From: Parcubacteria group bacterium Greene0416_36
GTDB taxonomy: Bacteria > Patescibacteriota > Patescibacteriia > VMEV01
Assembly: GCA_007375725.1 (NCBI GenBank)
Contig: VMEV01000002.1
Location: 45,992-109,991, forward strand
Length of the DNA stretch: 64,000 nt
Direction of reading: 5' to 3'
Part shown: piece after piece, positions 10,309-20,291 of the stretch
Layout of the letters: each line of letters starts with the position of its first letter
Numbering within the stretch: the stretch's first letter is position 1
The notes under the pieces: generated by a model
Told to the model about the DNA's origin: nothing
Databases searched by the model: none
Seen by the model: the letters and a program-made list of their open reading frames with translations, nothing else
Program-made: the position numbers and the translations under genes

Positions 10309-10580
10309 TTTTTTTGAGGTGGCGCTATAAAAGAATACCGACGGCTCTTTGGCTTGTTAATAAGTTCATTTACAAAGATAGAAAACTGGTTTAAATCTTC
10401 TTTCAGATCAAAAATTTTTGTTCTCTTTATCCGTAAGACTCTTGGGGTTCTGGGTATGATTAGCTTTCCCTTCTTAACCGGGGCACAAGTGTTTTATTTC
10501 TCCACTGTTAAGTTTGGACCCCCGAGTCTTACGGATTTTCTTTGTAATTATCAGATTTTTTATCATTTTTTTATAAATAT

Positions 10581-10988
10581 ATGGATCTCAATCGCGTGTT
10601 TTTAATCGGTCATGTAGTCAAAGAGGTGGAAGTGAAAAAACTAGATAGCGGCAAGCAGTGTGCGCGTATTCTCGTGGCTACTAATTTCAAAAAAGGCAAA
10701 GAGGGGGAGAGTGAGGCTTTGTTTCACGAGGTGGTTGCCTGGGACAAGTTGGCCGAGATTGCGGCGAGTTATCTGGCCAAAGGGAAAAAGGTCTTTTTCG
10801 AAGGCCGATTGGACTATCGCTCGTGGGTGGACAAGGAGAATAAAAAACATTTCCGCACCCAGATTGTCGCGGATGAGATGATCTTGCTCGACCGAAAAAA
10901 TCCCGTCGGTGAGGTAAGCCGCGAGGAAACCGAAGAAGGATCCGTCAAGGTAGGGCTTTCGGAAGATCCGTTTGGGTCGGCGGCGTAG
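10581..10988 (+). CDS. ssb: single-stranded DNA-binding protein
   Basis: OB-fold pattern LIGHVVKEVEVK...RILVATN...VVAWDKLAE...RLDYRSW. Confidence 0.75.
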   Translation: MDLNRVFLIGHVVKEVEVKKLDSGKQCARILVATNFKKGKEGESEALFHEVVAWDKLAEIAASYLAKGKKVFFEGRLDYRSWVDKENKKHFRTQIVADEMILLDRKNPVGEVSREETEEGSVKVGLSEDPFGSAA

Positions 10989-11206
10989 GGTTAGGGTCCG
11001 GGAGGGGGAGAGGATAGCTAATAGCCTAGCCATTCGCTCCTCCTTCCGGAATATTTGCGGGTGATTCGTCGCCGCGGGTGAGGGGCCGGACGGAGAAAAA
11101 GGAAAATCAGACCCGCTGCTAATAGAGGGTCTGATTTTTTTATAAACGACAAGGTTTTATCCTTGGCAATAAAAGAATAAAAAGAAAACCCGCCCTGTTT
11201 AGTTTC

Positions 11207-12319
11207 GTGGATAAGTTGTTGATTTCTAGGTATTCTTTTAAAATGAATAGGGTTATAATAATGGAAAATTCTTTAGTCTTTTTTAACTTTATGGGGGGAA
11301 ATTATGATTCTTGGTTGATTGATATTGAGTCTTTTCCAGCGGATAAAAGCTGGGAAGAGAGGATCAAGTTTTTAATTGGTTTTGCTGTCTTGGCTCCTTC
11401 TAGCCACAATAGCCAGCCTTGGGTATTCAAGATTCGCGAGAATGAACTGTTTATAAATTTTGAGGCATCACGCGATCTGCCAGGAAGCGACCCCGGTGGC
11501 AGGCAGGCATGGACAAGCATTGGATGTGCAATGGAGAATTTGTGTATTTCATCTTCTTTTTACGGGCTTTCTTATAAAATAGAATATTTTTTTGTGGGGA
11601 CGGAAGAACCTTTTGTGAAGGTGATTTTTGAGTTAGCGAAAAATAATGCGGTTAGGCCTTCCCGTACTCTCATGCAGGCAATGCTCAATCGCCGTACCAA
11701 TAGAGGTGCTTATGGCAGGAAGATTCCTCTAGATTTTATTTCTGATGCGGCGGGATTCAATTCTCCGGCGTGCCGTATTGATTTTGTGAGCGATCCTGCT
11801 GGAATAGAAAAAATCGGCGAGATTGTCATTTCTTCGACTATTGATGCTTTCCGCAATCCGCTTTTTGGGCAGGAGCTTTCTGGGTATGTGAAATCCAACT
11901 GGACCCGAGCGGGCGCGGGTATTCCGGGTTTCGCGTTGGGGATTCCGGCTCCTATTTCACTTCTTGCTTCCTTTATGGTTCGCCGATTCAATATGGGAGA
12001 GCTGGGGGCCAAACAGGACCGGCAATTATACCGGGAAGGAACGCCGGTTTGGGGGATGGTGTCCTGTTCGGGGGACCATCGGAAAGATTGGGTTTGCGCT
12101 GGCATGCTGTACGAGAAACTTGCGCTTTTGGCAACCAAAAAAGGATTGGCGAGCGCCATGCAAGCTGCTCCTGTCCAGGTTGGCGAGTATTGGAAGAGCC
12201 TGCAGGAAGTTTTCCGGACGAGTTTTCGTCCGCTGGCCTTGTTCCGTTTGGGTTATCCCAGCCGCGAGGCTCGGCCCACTCCGCGCTTTTCGGCGGATCA
12301 GGTTTTGATTAGCCGCTAA
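11207..12319 (+). CDS. nitroreductase-family protein (two-domain, Acg-like)
   Basis: SHNSQPW motif; alternative start MENSLVFF ~11261; first gene of tight plus-strand cassette. Confidence 0.55.
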   Translation: MDKLLISRYSFKMNRVIIMENSLVFFNFMGGNYDSWLIDIESFPADKSWEERIKFLIGFAVLAPSSHNSQPWVFKIRENELFINFEASRDLPGSDPGGRQAWTSIGCAMENLCISSSFYGLSYKIEYFFVGTEEPFVKVIFELAKNNAVRPSRTLMQAMLNRRTNRGAYGRKIPLDFISDAAGFNSPACRIDFVSDPAGIEKIGEIVISSTIDAFRNPLFGQELSGYVKSNWTRAGAGIPGFALGIPAPISLLASFMVRRFNMGELGAKQDRQLYREGTPVWGMVSCSGDHRKDWVCAGMLYEKLALLATKKGLASAMQAAPVQVGEYWKSLQEVFRTSFRPLALFRLGYPSREARPTPRFSADQVLISR

Positions 12320-12329
12320 AATTTTTTTT

Positions 12330-14873
12330 ATGCAGAAAATTTCATGCCAGAGTTATCCGGACTTTGATAATCATGAATGCGTGGTCAAGATTGAGGATTC
12401 CTCCGTGGGACTTCTCGCTTTTATCGCGATTCATAATAGCGCCTTGGGTCCAGCCACCGGTGGAACGCGTATGTTTGATTACGGGACGGAAGAAGGGGCT
12501 GTCGCCGACGTGCTCCGCCTTTCCCGTGCGATGACCTACAAGTGCGCGGCTGCGGACGTGCCACATGGGGGAGGGAAGGCTGTGATCATGGGGGATCCTA
12601 GAAAAATGAAGACTCCGGCGCTTCTGCGCGCTTTTGCCAAAGCGGTCAATGAGCTGGAAGGAGCTTTTTCAACTGGAACCGATGCGGGGATTACAAAGGA
12701 AGATGTAGAAATCATGAGAGAAGTATCCGGTTTTATCAATGGGAAACATGGGGGAGACCCTGCTCCTTATGCGGCTCTGGGCACTTTTTATGGAATCCAA
12801 AGCGCATTACTGGAATGTTTCGGAAACGCGGATTGTCATGGGAGGGTCGTGGCCATCAAGGGAATAGGAAAAGTGGGGAGATCTTTGATCAGCCTCTTGG
12901 ACAAAGCAGGCGCGAAAATCATCGCGGCCGACATCGATGATGCCGCGGTCGCCTGGGTTAAGTCTCATTTTCCGTCGGTTCGATTGGCCAGTCCGTGGGA
13001 GATCCACCGCCAGAGGGCAGACGTGTTTTGTCCCTGTGCCATGGGGGGGGAGATCAGCCGCAAGGCCGCAATGGAAATTACGGCACGGATTGTCTGTGGC
13101 GCGGCCAATAACCAACTAAGGGATCCGGCTTGCGAGCAGATTTTATTTGGCCGAGGTATTTTGTATGTGCCTGATTTTGTCGCCAATGCTGGGGGGCTGA
13201 TCCATGTGGTCGACGAACTGGCTCCTCTGGGTTATGACGCGGACCGGGTTCGAGAGAAAATCAATAATATCAGATCCTTACTGGGGAATATTTTTGAGCT
13301 TGCAAGGAGGGATCTGCGGCTTCCCAACCAGGTGGCCGAGGAGATTGCAGAAAAAAAATTCAATAAAAAATATCCGGCAAGTCCTTTGGAGATTCACGAG
13401 AATGCAAAAACCCTCCTAGATCTTTATCTTTCCAAGGAAGACCCTTTTTGGGAAAGTTTGAGGGAGAAGAGAACCCTGGAACTGTTCCACGCGGCTGCCC
13501 GTTTGGTGCCCGCTTACTCTGATTTTCTCAAAAAACATGAAGTGAATCCTTCTAAAATCCGGACGTGGTCGGATTTCCAAAAAAATGTTCCCGTGATGGA
13601 TAAGAAAAATTATCTCCGGGCCTATCCCCTAGAGGCGATGACTTGGGGAGGAACCCTCAAAGGGAAGCCCCTTAATTTTGCCGCGACTTCAGGCTCCACT
13701 GGCGTTCCCTTCTATTTTCCCAGAAGCCCGCAGCTGGAGTGGCAGTGTTCGCTGACCCTCGAACTTTTTCTCCGGAGCAGTTCATTTGGCACCCAGGGTC
13801 CAATCGCAGTGATCAATGCTTTTTCTATGGGCGTGTGGATGGGCGGAATGATCACGTTCAAAGCGTTTGACATGATCAATCAGCGAGGCCATTGCCCGGT
13901 TTCGGTTCTATGTACCGGCAACAGCAAGCCGGCTATTTTTGCCGCTCTCCGCGAGTGGGCGCCGCACTTCAGCGAGGTCATTCTCATTGGTTATCCGCCC
14001 TTTATCAAAGATGTGATCGACGAGGGGCCGTCGGAGGGAATTGACTGGTCGAAGATCCGTTTGAGGCTGCATTTCGCGACCGAATCTTTTTCTGAAGAGT
14101 TTCGCGATTATATGGCCCAAAAAGCCTCTCTCAAAAATCCGTATTTGGACACCATGAATATTTATGGTTCCGCGGATATCGGCGCCATGGGTTTTGAGAC
14201 TCCCCAAGCCATACTTTTTAGGAAGTTGATTGTATCTAGCTCCGAGGCCGCTCAGGCTCTCTTCTCGGGCAAGACGGCAACGCTTGCGCAGTTCAATCCT
14301 TATTTCATCAATTTTGAAGCTCCGGATAAAAATGTTCTTCTCAGCGGCGACAACACCATTCCGCTTCTTCGGTACTCGCTGGGAGATAAGGGGGGGGTTT
14401 TGTCTTATAAGGATATGACTGCTCATATGGATACCCATGTTCCGCTGTGGAGGGAAGAAATGTCAAAAGCGGGGATCGTCCAGAGATATTCATTGCCGTT
14501 TGTCTATGTTTATGAGCGGGGAGACCTGTCCGTGAGTTTGTATGGAGCCAAGGTCTATCCGGAAACGATCCGAAAAGTTTTTCTCGAGGGCAGGTTCAGT
14601 GATTTCTATACTGGCAAGTTCACCTTGATTGTTCGCTATGACCAGGAGCAGAACCAGCATCTGGAGGTTCATGTGGAACAAAAAAAAGATGCTCCTCGGT
14701 CAGATTCTAAAATGCTCGCCGATGCGATTGTCGCCCTTTTGGTGCATGAAAATGCCGAGTACCGAAGTCATCATGATCAAATTCCGGACAAGGTTTTGCC
14801 GGACGTGATTCTATGGCCATTTGGGGATCCTCTGCATTTCGGGCCCAATCCCAAACAGCAGTGGATCAAATGA
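12330..14873 (+). CDS. fusion: Glu/Leu/Phe/Val-type amino-acid dehydrogenase (N) + PaaK/CapK/F390-synthetase-like adenylate-forming domain (C)
   Basis: GGTRMFDYG...MTYKCAAADVPHGGGKAVIMGDP and Rossmann IKGIGKVGRSL; C-half TSGSTGVPFYFP adenylation motif. Confidence 0.6.
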   Translation: MQKISCQSYPDFDNHECVVKIEDSSVGLLAFIAIHNSALGPATGGTRMFDYGTEEGAVADVLRLSRAMTYKCAAADVPHGGGKAVIMGDPRKMKTPALLRAFAKAVNELEGAFSTGTDAGITKEDVEIMREVSGFINGKHGGDPAPYAALGTFYGIQSALLECFGNADCHGRVVAIKGIGKVGRSLISLLDKAGAKIIAADIDDAAVAWVKSHFPSVRLASPWEIHRQRADVFCPCAMGGEISRKAAMEITARIVCGAANNQLRDPACEQILFGRGILYVPDFVANAGGLIHVVDELAPLGYDADRVREKINNIRSLLGNIFELARRDLRLPNQVAEEIAEKKFNKKYPASPLEIHENAKTLLDLYLSKEDPFWESLREKRTLELFHAAARLVPAYSDFLKKHEVNPSKIRTWSDFQKNVPVMDKKNYLRAYPLEAMTWGGTLKGKPLNFAATSGSTGVPFYFPRSPQLEWQCSLTLELFLRSSSFGTQGPIAVINAFSMGVWMGGMITFKAFDMINQRGHCPVSVLCTGNSKPAIFAALREWAPHFSEVILIGYPPFIKDVIDEGPSEGIDWSKIRLRLHFATESFSEEFRDYMAQKASLKNPYLDTMNIYGSADIGAMGFETPQAILFRKLIVSSSEAAQALFSGKTATLAQFNPYFINFEAPDKNVLLSGDNTIPLLRYSLGDKGGVLSYKDMTAHMDTHVPLWREEMSKAGIVQRYSLPFVYVYERGDLSVSLYGAKVYPETIRKVFLEGRFSDFYTGKFTLIVRYDQEQNQHLEVHVEQKKDAPRSDSKMLADAIVALLVHENAEYRSHHDQIPDKVLPDVILWPFGDPLHFGPNPKQQWIK

Positions 14874-14915
14874 TTGCCAACTATTTTTTTAATCTTTTAT
14901 TTTTGATGAAAAAAT

Positions 14916-16100
14916 ATGAATATCGAGCAGTTTTTGCTGGAAAAACAAAAAGAGAATCTAGATATCAGCCGGCCTCTCGTTTTAAATTTGGCGGCTGAGT
15001 CTGGGAGAGTGCTTCTGGAATATCTCACTAAAGATGGCAAAATCGCTCGGGTATCGGATGATTTCGAGGAGCAGATGCGGGAATATTTTGCGGTAGAGCA
15101 TCCGGAACTTATTTTCCATCCTGAGTTTAAAAAATATTTCGAAGATTATTGGCAGGGCCTCCTCCACGAGAAGCCAAGATGGCAGCATGGAGTCTGGGTT
15201 TATTTTCCATGGATGCTGTCATTGATTCATGTCTTGGATGAAGAGGCATTCAATTGTGTCCGCACGGCTAGAAATAAGCACCTGATTACGGAAGCGGAAC
15301 AGAAAAAGTTTTATGAATCGACCATTGGAATCGCCGGCCTCAGCGTGGGAAATAGCGTGGCTCTCTCTATTGTTTTGGGCGGGGGAGCCAAGCGCATCAA
15401 GCTGGCTGATTTTGACCGCTTGTCCCTGTCCAATCTCAACCGCATCCGCGGCGGGGTGGAGTGTCTGGGTTTTCTGAAGGTCGAGATGACCGCGCGACAG
15501 ATCTACTCGCTCAATCCGTTTACAGAAGTGGAGTATTTCCCTGGCGGCCTCAATGAAGAGAATATGGATCGTTTTTTCGACGGGCTGGATCTCGTCGTCG
15601 ACGAAATCGATAATCTCGGCATCAAATACCGGATACGTCAGGAAGCCAAAAAACGCAAGCTGCCGGTTGTCATGGCTGCGGATAACGGTGATAATGGCGT
15701 GGTAGATATTGACCGTTATGATCTGGATCCTGAGCTCGAATTTTTCCATGGCCGCATGGGAGATCTCAAGTACGAAGATCTGATCCGCCTCAATAAGATG
15801 GAGATCGGGAAATTGATCACCCGGCTGGTGGGGCCTGAGAATGTGACTGAAAGAATGCAGCAGTCTCTCATGGAAATTGGAAAAACCGTGGTGTCCTGGC
15901 CTCAGCTGGGGGGCGCGGCGCTTCTCAACGGCTCGGCCGTTGCCTATTGCGTGCGTAGGATTCTCAATCATCAAAGTGTGTTTGATAACCGCACTCTCAT
16001 TTCATGGGATGAACTTATGGATCCTGAGCATAATACGGATCTGCAAAAAAAGCACCGAGCGGAGCTGACCCTCGAATTTAAGAAAAAGTTCGGTTTATAA
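14916..16100 (+). CDS. ThiF/MoeB/E1-like adenylyltransferase-family protein with ~130-aa N-terminal extension
   Basis: IGIAGLSVGNSVA...IKLADFDRLSLSNLNRI Rossmann/E1 signature. Confidence 0.6.
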   Translation: MNIEQFLLEKQKENLDISRPLVLNLAAESGRVLLEYLTKDGKIARVSDDFEEQMREYFAVEHPELIFHPEFKKYFEDYWQGLLHEKPRWQHGVWVYFPWMLSLIHVLDEEAFNCVRTARNKHLITEAEQKKFYESTIGIAGLSVGNSVALSIVLGGGAKRIKLADFDRLSLSNLNRIRGGVECLGFLKVEMTARQIYSLNPFTEVEYFPGGLNEENMDRFFDGLDLVVDEIDNLGIKYRIRQEAKKRKLPVVMAADNGDNGVVDIDRYDLDPELEFFHGRMGDLKYEDLIRLNKMEIGKLITRLVGPENVTERMQQSLMEIGKTVVSWPQLGGAALLNGSAVAYCVRRILNHQSVFDNRTLISWDELMDPEHNTDLQKKHRAELTLEFKKKFGL

Positions 16101-16167
16101 AAAAGACGATGGGATTACAGGGTGGAATAAGTTATAATATAATAAATTTATTTTTGTTTCGTCCCTT

Positions 16168-17040
16168 ATGAAAGCTGAACAGAGATTGTTGGGAAAGTTT
16201 GCAACTCCATTTACCCTCGGTCAAATAGATGTGGGAAATTTTCGGATCAATTACATTCAAGGGGGAAAAGGCGAGCCTCTGTTACTCATTCATGGAGCTA
16301 ATATCGGATGGGGCCAGTGGCACTTGAATCTGGATGAAATGGCTAAAAAAAATGAAGTATTCGCGATAGATTTACCAGGATCAGGAGGATCGACTAAAAT
16401 AGAAATGAAGGACTCAAATCTCGAAGAAGATTTTGTGGAGACAGTTCATCAGTTTCTAGAAAAAAAAGGAATTACTCAAGTAAATATCTGCGCACATTCT
16501 TTGGGTGGTTGGGTGGCTTTAAAGCTGTCACTTCGGGCCCCTCAACTTGTGAAGAAAATGGTGCTTCTCAGTCCGGTAGGGCTTTCTTCGTATTTGCCTT
16601 GGCAATATCGACTGATGGGTTTTTCTTTTTTCGTAAGAGTGCTTACCCAGAAATGTGTTCCGGTGAATAGAAAGAATATGGCAGATTTTCTAGGTAGTGT
16701 ATGCAAAAAGAAAGATTTTTTGACGGATGATTTCGTCGATTATTATTTTGAATCTATAACAAGGGGGGAGAGAGTGACACACCCCTTTTGGTGTATCCAC
16801 CGATTGTGTGATATTGGCAAGATGAGGTCTGAGTTTTATTTAGCGGATGAAATAAAAACCATCCGTGCGGAAGTACTATGGATTTGGGGCAGGGAAGATC
16901 CTTTATTTCCATTGAGAAAGAATGCCAATATTTCAAATGCTTTGAAAGGAAAAACTGAAGTTTTTGAGAATACTGGGCATGTTGCCTGTCTTGAAAATCA
17001 TTCGTTATTTAACGAGATTTGTTGTAGGTATCTGGGATAA
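16168..17040 (+). CDS. alpha/beta-fold hydrolase
   Basis: HGANIG oxyanion region, nucleophile elbow HSLGGWVA, C-terminal His. Confidence 0.6.
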   Translation: MKAEQRLLGKFATPFTLGQIDVGNFRINYIQGGKGEPLLLIHGANIGWGQWHLNLDEMAKKNEVFAIDLPGSGGSTKIEMKDSNLEEDFVETVHQFLEKKGITQVNICAHSLGGWVALKLSLRAPQLVKKMVLLSPVGLSSYLPWQYRLMGFSFFVRVLTQKCVPVNRKNMADFLGSVCKKKDFLTDDFVDYYFESITRGERVTHPFWCIHRLCDIGKMRSEFYLADEIKTIRAEVLWIWGREDPLFPLRKNANISNALKGKTEVFENTGHVACLENHSLFNEICCRYLG

Positions 17041-17061
17041 AAATACAAATTACAATTCCTT

Positions 17062-19230
17062 ATGGGGGGAGTTATAGCGCTAAGGCTAGGTATTTTGAGC
17101 GTTGTTATCGTTTTGAATTTTTTCGTTTCAATTTTTGTTTATAGAAAAAATCGCCAAAGTGCGACGAATATTATATTCGTTATTCTTACAGCTTTGATTT
17201 CCGCTTGGCTGGTAGTTTTGTTTTTGGCTGATTATCCTGAGCTTAATTTATTTTGGGCCAGAATGACTAATTTTGTGGCAACGGCGATGAGCCTTGCTTT
17301 TTTGCTTTTGGTTCACACATTACCAGACTTTCAGCTGAGAATGCGAAAACGTAGTTTGTTTTTTCTGCTAAGCGTGACCCTGATTGTCATGATAGCGACT
17401 GTTTCTCCCTATACATTTACAGGGATTGATATTGTGGATGGGGTTCGGCAAGTAAAAGTGGGGCCTGGGATGATTTTGTTTTCTCTGTTCAACCCTCTGT
17501 GTAATATCGCAGCTATTTATTTGCTCTTCGAGAAATATCGACGTGCTTCTGGGATAGAGAAACAGCAGCTGCGATTTATTCTTTTGGGTATTTTCGTCAT
17601 GTTCGCGATGATTATCGCGACTATTTTGATTCCTGTTTTATTTTTTCAGCAGCATTTTTACGTCGCCTTTGCTCCTTTGTATGCATTGTGTTTTATTTTT
17701 GGAACAGCTTATTCAATTGTCAAATATCGTTTCCTTGATATCCGCCTCGTGATACGAAAAAGCGTGGCATATGCATTGTCGCTGAGTGTGACCTTGGGGG
17801 TTTGCGGGCTCATCATGAATGCAATGATCTATGCGAGCCCCTATCAGTCCTGGTTCGGTTATTTTATTTTGGTTTTGGGCATTGTTTTATTCAATCCTAT
17901 CCACAAAAAAATATTGGTTATTTCCAATCGGTATTTTTTTCAGTCTTTTTATGATTATAGGAAAGCTCTGCTTGAAACTGGCCAGAAAATTTTGAGTCTC
18001 ATTACCCTCGAAGATATTTCGCGGGAGATTTTCGTACCCCTCTTGCGCAATTTACAGCTGGAATTTTGCGGCATTTATCTTTCATACAAAAAACCGTTTT
18101 TTCACGCCTTGTCTGAATCGGGAGAATTTGAAGTTCCCAAAAAAGAATTAGCGTCGCTCGCTCATTTATTGTCTCTTTATTCAAAAGGTAGAATTATTCT
18201 GGCTCAGGAATTCTATTCCCGCAAATTTCATCTTTCGGCTGAATTCAAGCAAAAGATGGTGAGCAATAAAATTGAGGTGATTTTGCCGCTCATTTCAGGT
18301 AAAAATTTTCTTGGGTTTTTATTTTTGGGCTCCAAAATTTCACGAGAACCCTTCACTCTTGAAGATATTCAGCTTTTGGAGCTTATCAATACCCAGCTTT
18401 CCCCGGCCATTGCCAATGCTAGCCACTTCCGAGAGCTCAAAATCGTCAATGTCCATTTGGAAGAAAAAGTGGCCGAACAAGTGCAAAAAATCCGAGATCT
18501 TTATGATGTCAAAGCCGAATTTTTGAGCATTAGCTCCCATCAGCTCCGAACCCCTCTGACCGTCATCATCGGGATGCTCGATATGATTCGAGAGGGAGCG
18601 GTGCGCGGCAAAAAACGCGATGATTTTTTATCTAAAGTAATGGCTTCGGCTGTGAGACTGAACCGGGTTGTCAATGATATTATGGATTCCCATGAATTGG
18701 ACCGTGGCGCCAAACATTACAAAAAAGGCCTTGTTGATTTACGTGATATGATTAAAAATGTCTATGATGCTTTTTTGCCTAAAGCTCAAGAGAAAAATGT
18801 GGAATTGAAATTAGATTTTGTATCTAGTAATTCATTGATTTGGGCGGACCCTAAAATTCGAGATGTTTTTGTCAATCTGATCGATAATGCCCTCTGCTAT
18901 ACCCCTAAAGGGGCGGTGACGGTGAAACTCTACAATTCAGATGCCCATCATGTTGGCGTGGACGTGGTGGATTCTGGGGTTGGCATGTCGAAAGATACGA
19001 TTGCGTCTCTCTTTCAGAAGTTTTCGCGAGGGAAGAATATTCGGCAGATCCGTCCCAATGGATCGGGGTTGGGATTGTTTATTGTGCGAAAAATTCTTGA
19101 AAATAATCACGGATCCGTTGAGGCAACCTCTATGGGAGAAGGTACTGGCAGTACCTTTTCCGTGCGCCTGCCGATTGCTTCTCCCAAATATTTGGTCCGG
19201 TCAGCGGAAAAGGAAAATGAAACCGAGTAG
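17062..19230 (+). CDS. sensor histidine kinase with multi-TM N-terminal sensor region
   Basis: ~7 TM helices, HisKA H-box ISSHQLRTPLTVI, HATPase_c (DNALCYT..GSGLGLFIV). Confidence 0.75.
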   Translation: MGGVIALRLGILSVVIVLNFFVSIFVYRKNRQSATNIIFVILTALISAWLVVLFLADYPELNLFWARMTNFVATAMSLAFLLLVHTLPDFQLRMRKRSLFFLLSVTLIVMIATVSPYTFTGIDIVDGVRQVKVGPGMILFSLFNPLCNIAAIYLLFEKYRRASGIEKQQLRFILLGIFVMFAMIIATILIPVLFFQQHFYVAFAPLYALCFIFGTAYSIVKYRFLDIRLVIRKSVAYALSLSVTLGVCGLIMNAMIYASPYQSWFGYFILVLGIVLFNPIHKKILVISNRYFFQSFYDYRKALLETGQKILSLITLEDISREIFVPLLRNLQLEFCGIYLSYKKPFFHALSESGEFEVPKKELASLAHLLSLYSKGRIILAQEFYSRKFHLSAEFKQKMVSNKIEVILPLISGKNFLGFLFLGSKISREPFTLEDIQLLELINTQLSPAIANASHFRELKIVNVHLEEKVAEQVQKIRDLYDVKAEFLSISSHQLRTPLTVIIGMLDMIREGAVRGKKRDDFLSKVMASAVRLNRVVNDIMDSHELDRGAKHYKKGLVDLRDMIKNVYDAFLPKAQEKNVELKLDFVSSNSLIWADPKIRDVFVNLIDNALCYTPKGAVTVKLYNSDAHHVGVDVVDSGVGMSKDTIASLFQKFSRGKNIRQIRPNGSGLGLFIVRKILENNHGSVEATSMGEGTGSTFSVRLPIASPKYLVRSAEKENETE

Positions 19231-19296
19231 GTTGTATGGTTTTTATTGGAAAATGGCTAGAGGAAGCTGATTATTTTTTTTATATCCGTGGCATTT

Positions 19297-19325
19297 GTAG
19301 GGACGTTGCATTGCAACGTCCCTAC
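19297..19325. repeat. REP-like hairpin GTAGGGACGTTGCATTGCAACGTCCCTAC (extended stem 19290-19332)
   Basis: perfect palindrome after kinase gene; near-identical copy at 59959-59986. Confidence 0.55.
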
Positions 19326-19376
19326 AAATGCCACTAATTTGTGCTTATCTACACCTTATCCACATTGTGAATTACT

Positions 19377-20105
19377 ATGAAAGAGCAACTCATCAATTTA
19401 GGTTTTTCCGATTCCCAGGCCCGTTCGTACGAGATATTGCTCGAGCATCGTTGGGTTTTACCCTCCACCTTGGCCAAATTTTTGGGTATTTCACAAACCG
19501 GAGCGCAGAAGATTTTGAATTTCTTTTCCAGCGAAGGGTTGGTCCGTCAGCGGCCCATTGGCAAGAAAAATTATTACGGGATTACAGATTTGGGGGCGTT
19601 CGAAGATTTTTTGGCGCGGCGGGAGCTCCGGGCACTTCGAGAAATGGAGCGTCAAAAAGAGGAGGGCAGGAAGGCTCTCCAGGACGCGCACTTGAGTTTC
19701 TCCCAGAAAAATAAGGATTTATCGGTGTTTTTCGTCGATGGCCCCTCTCGTCTTTCCCATATCGAGACTCATATTCTCAATTGTGTCTCCGGCGATATTT
19801 TGGGGTTTTCTAGCGGTGAATTGAAATATAAAACTCTCACTGCCAAGTCCCCTGCCCAGCGATTCAAGATTATTTATACCGGCCCAAAATGCTCGCTTCC
19901 CAAAAAAGGCCAAGAACATTTCAGGGTGAAAGACCCCGCAGACTTGCCTCAAAATACGGTCGAAGTATTGCTGTTTCCGGACAAGGTTATTTTTGTGCTG
20001 GATGAGCAGGACCGCAATCTGGTCCTCTTGGATCCCTCGGTGGTGGAGACCCTTCGCTGCCTATTTTCATTGGCATTATCTAGCTCCCGAGTCGTTAAGC
20101 TTTAA
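19377..20105 (+). CDS. putative TrmB/MarR-like HTH transcriptional regulator
   Basis: N-terminal winged-helix pattern SDSQARSYEILLEH...LPSTLAKFLGISQTGAQKIL. Confidence 0.4.
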   Translation: MKEQLINLGFSDSQARSYEILLEHRWVLPSTLAKFLGISQTGAQKILNFFSSEGLVRQRPIGKKNYYGITDLGAFEDFLARRELRALREMERQKEEGRKALQDAHLSFSQKNKDLSVFFVDGPSRLSHIETHILNCVSGDILGFSSGELKYKTLTAKSPAQRFKIIYTGPKCSLPKKGQEHFRVKDPADLPQNTVEVLLFPDKVIFVLDEQDRNLVLLDPSVVETLRCLFSLALSSSRVVKL

Positions 20106-20291
20106 GCGCCGTCGCTTTTTGTATTTTAAACTGAACTAATTCGGTTTTTAATTCTGCCTTGTCTTTATTACATATATTTTATTTATCAACCCGTCTGTGT
20201 TTTTGTTGACAAATTGTGGATAACTCTGGTAAGCCTTATATCAATAATGTTTTATAACATTATTGGTTCTTTATAATCATATCTAGGGGGT

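Noticed and set aside
11207-17040. Interpretation of the cassette as a TOMM (thiazole/oxazole-modified microcin) cluster
   Set aside because: The nitroreductase-like protein is not clearly SagB-type, and there is no YcaO cyclodehydratase and no precursor peptide. The resemblance is limited to a nitroreductase-fold enzyme next to an E1-like protein.
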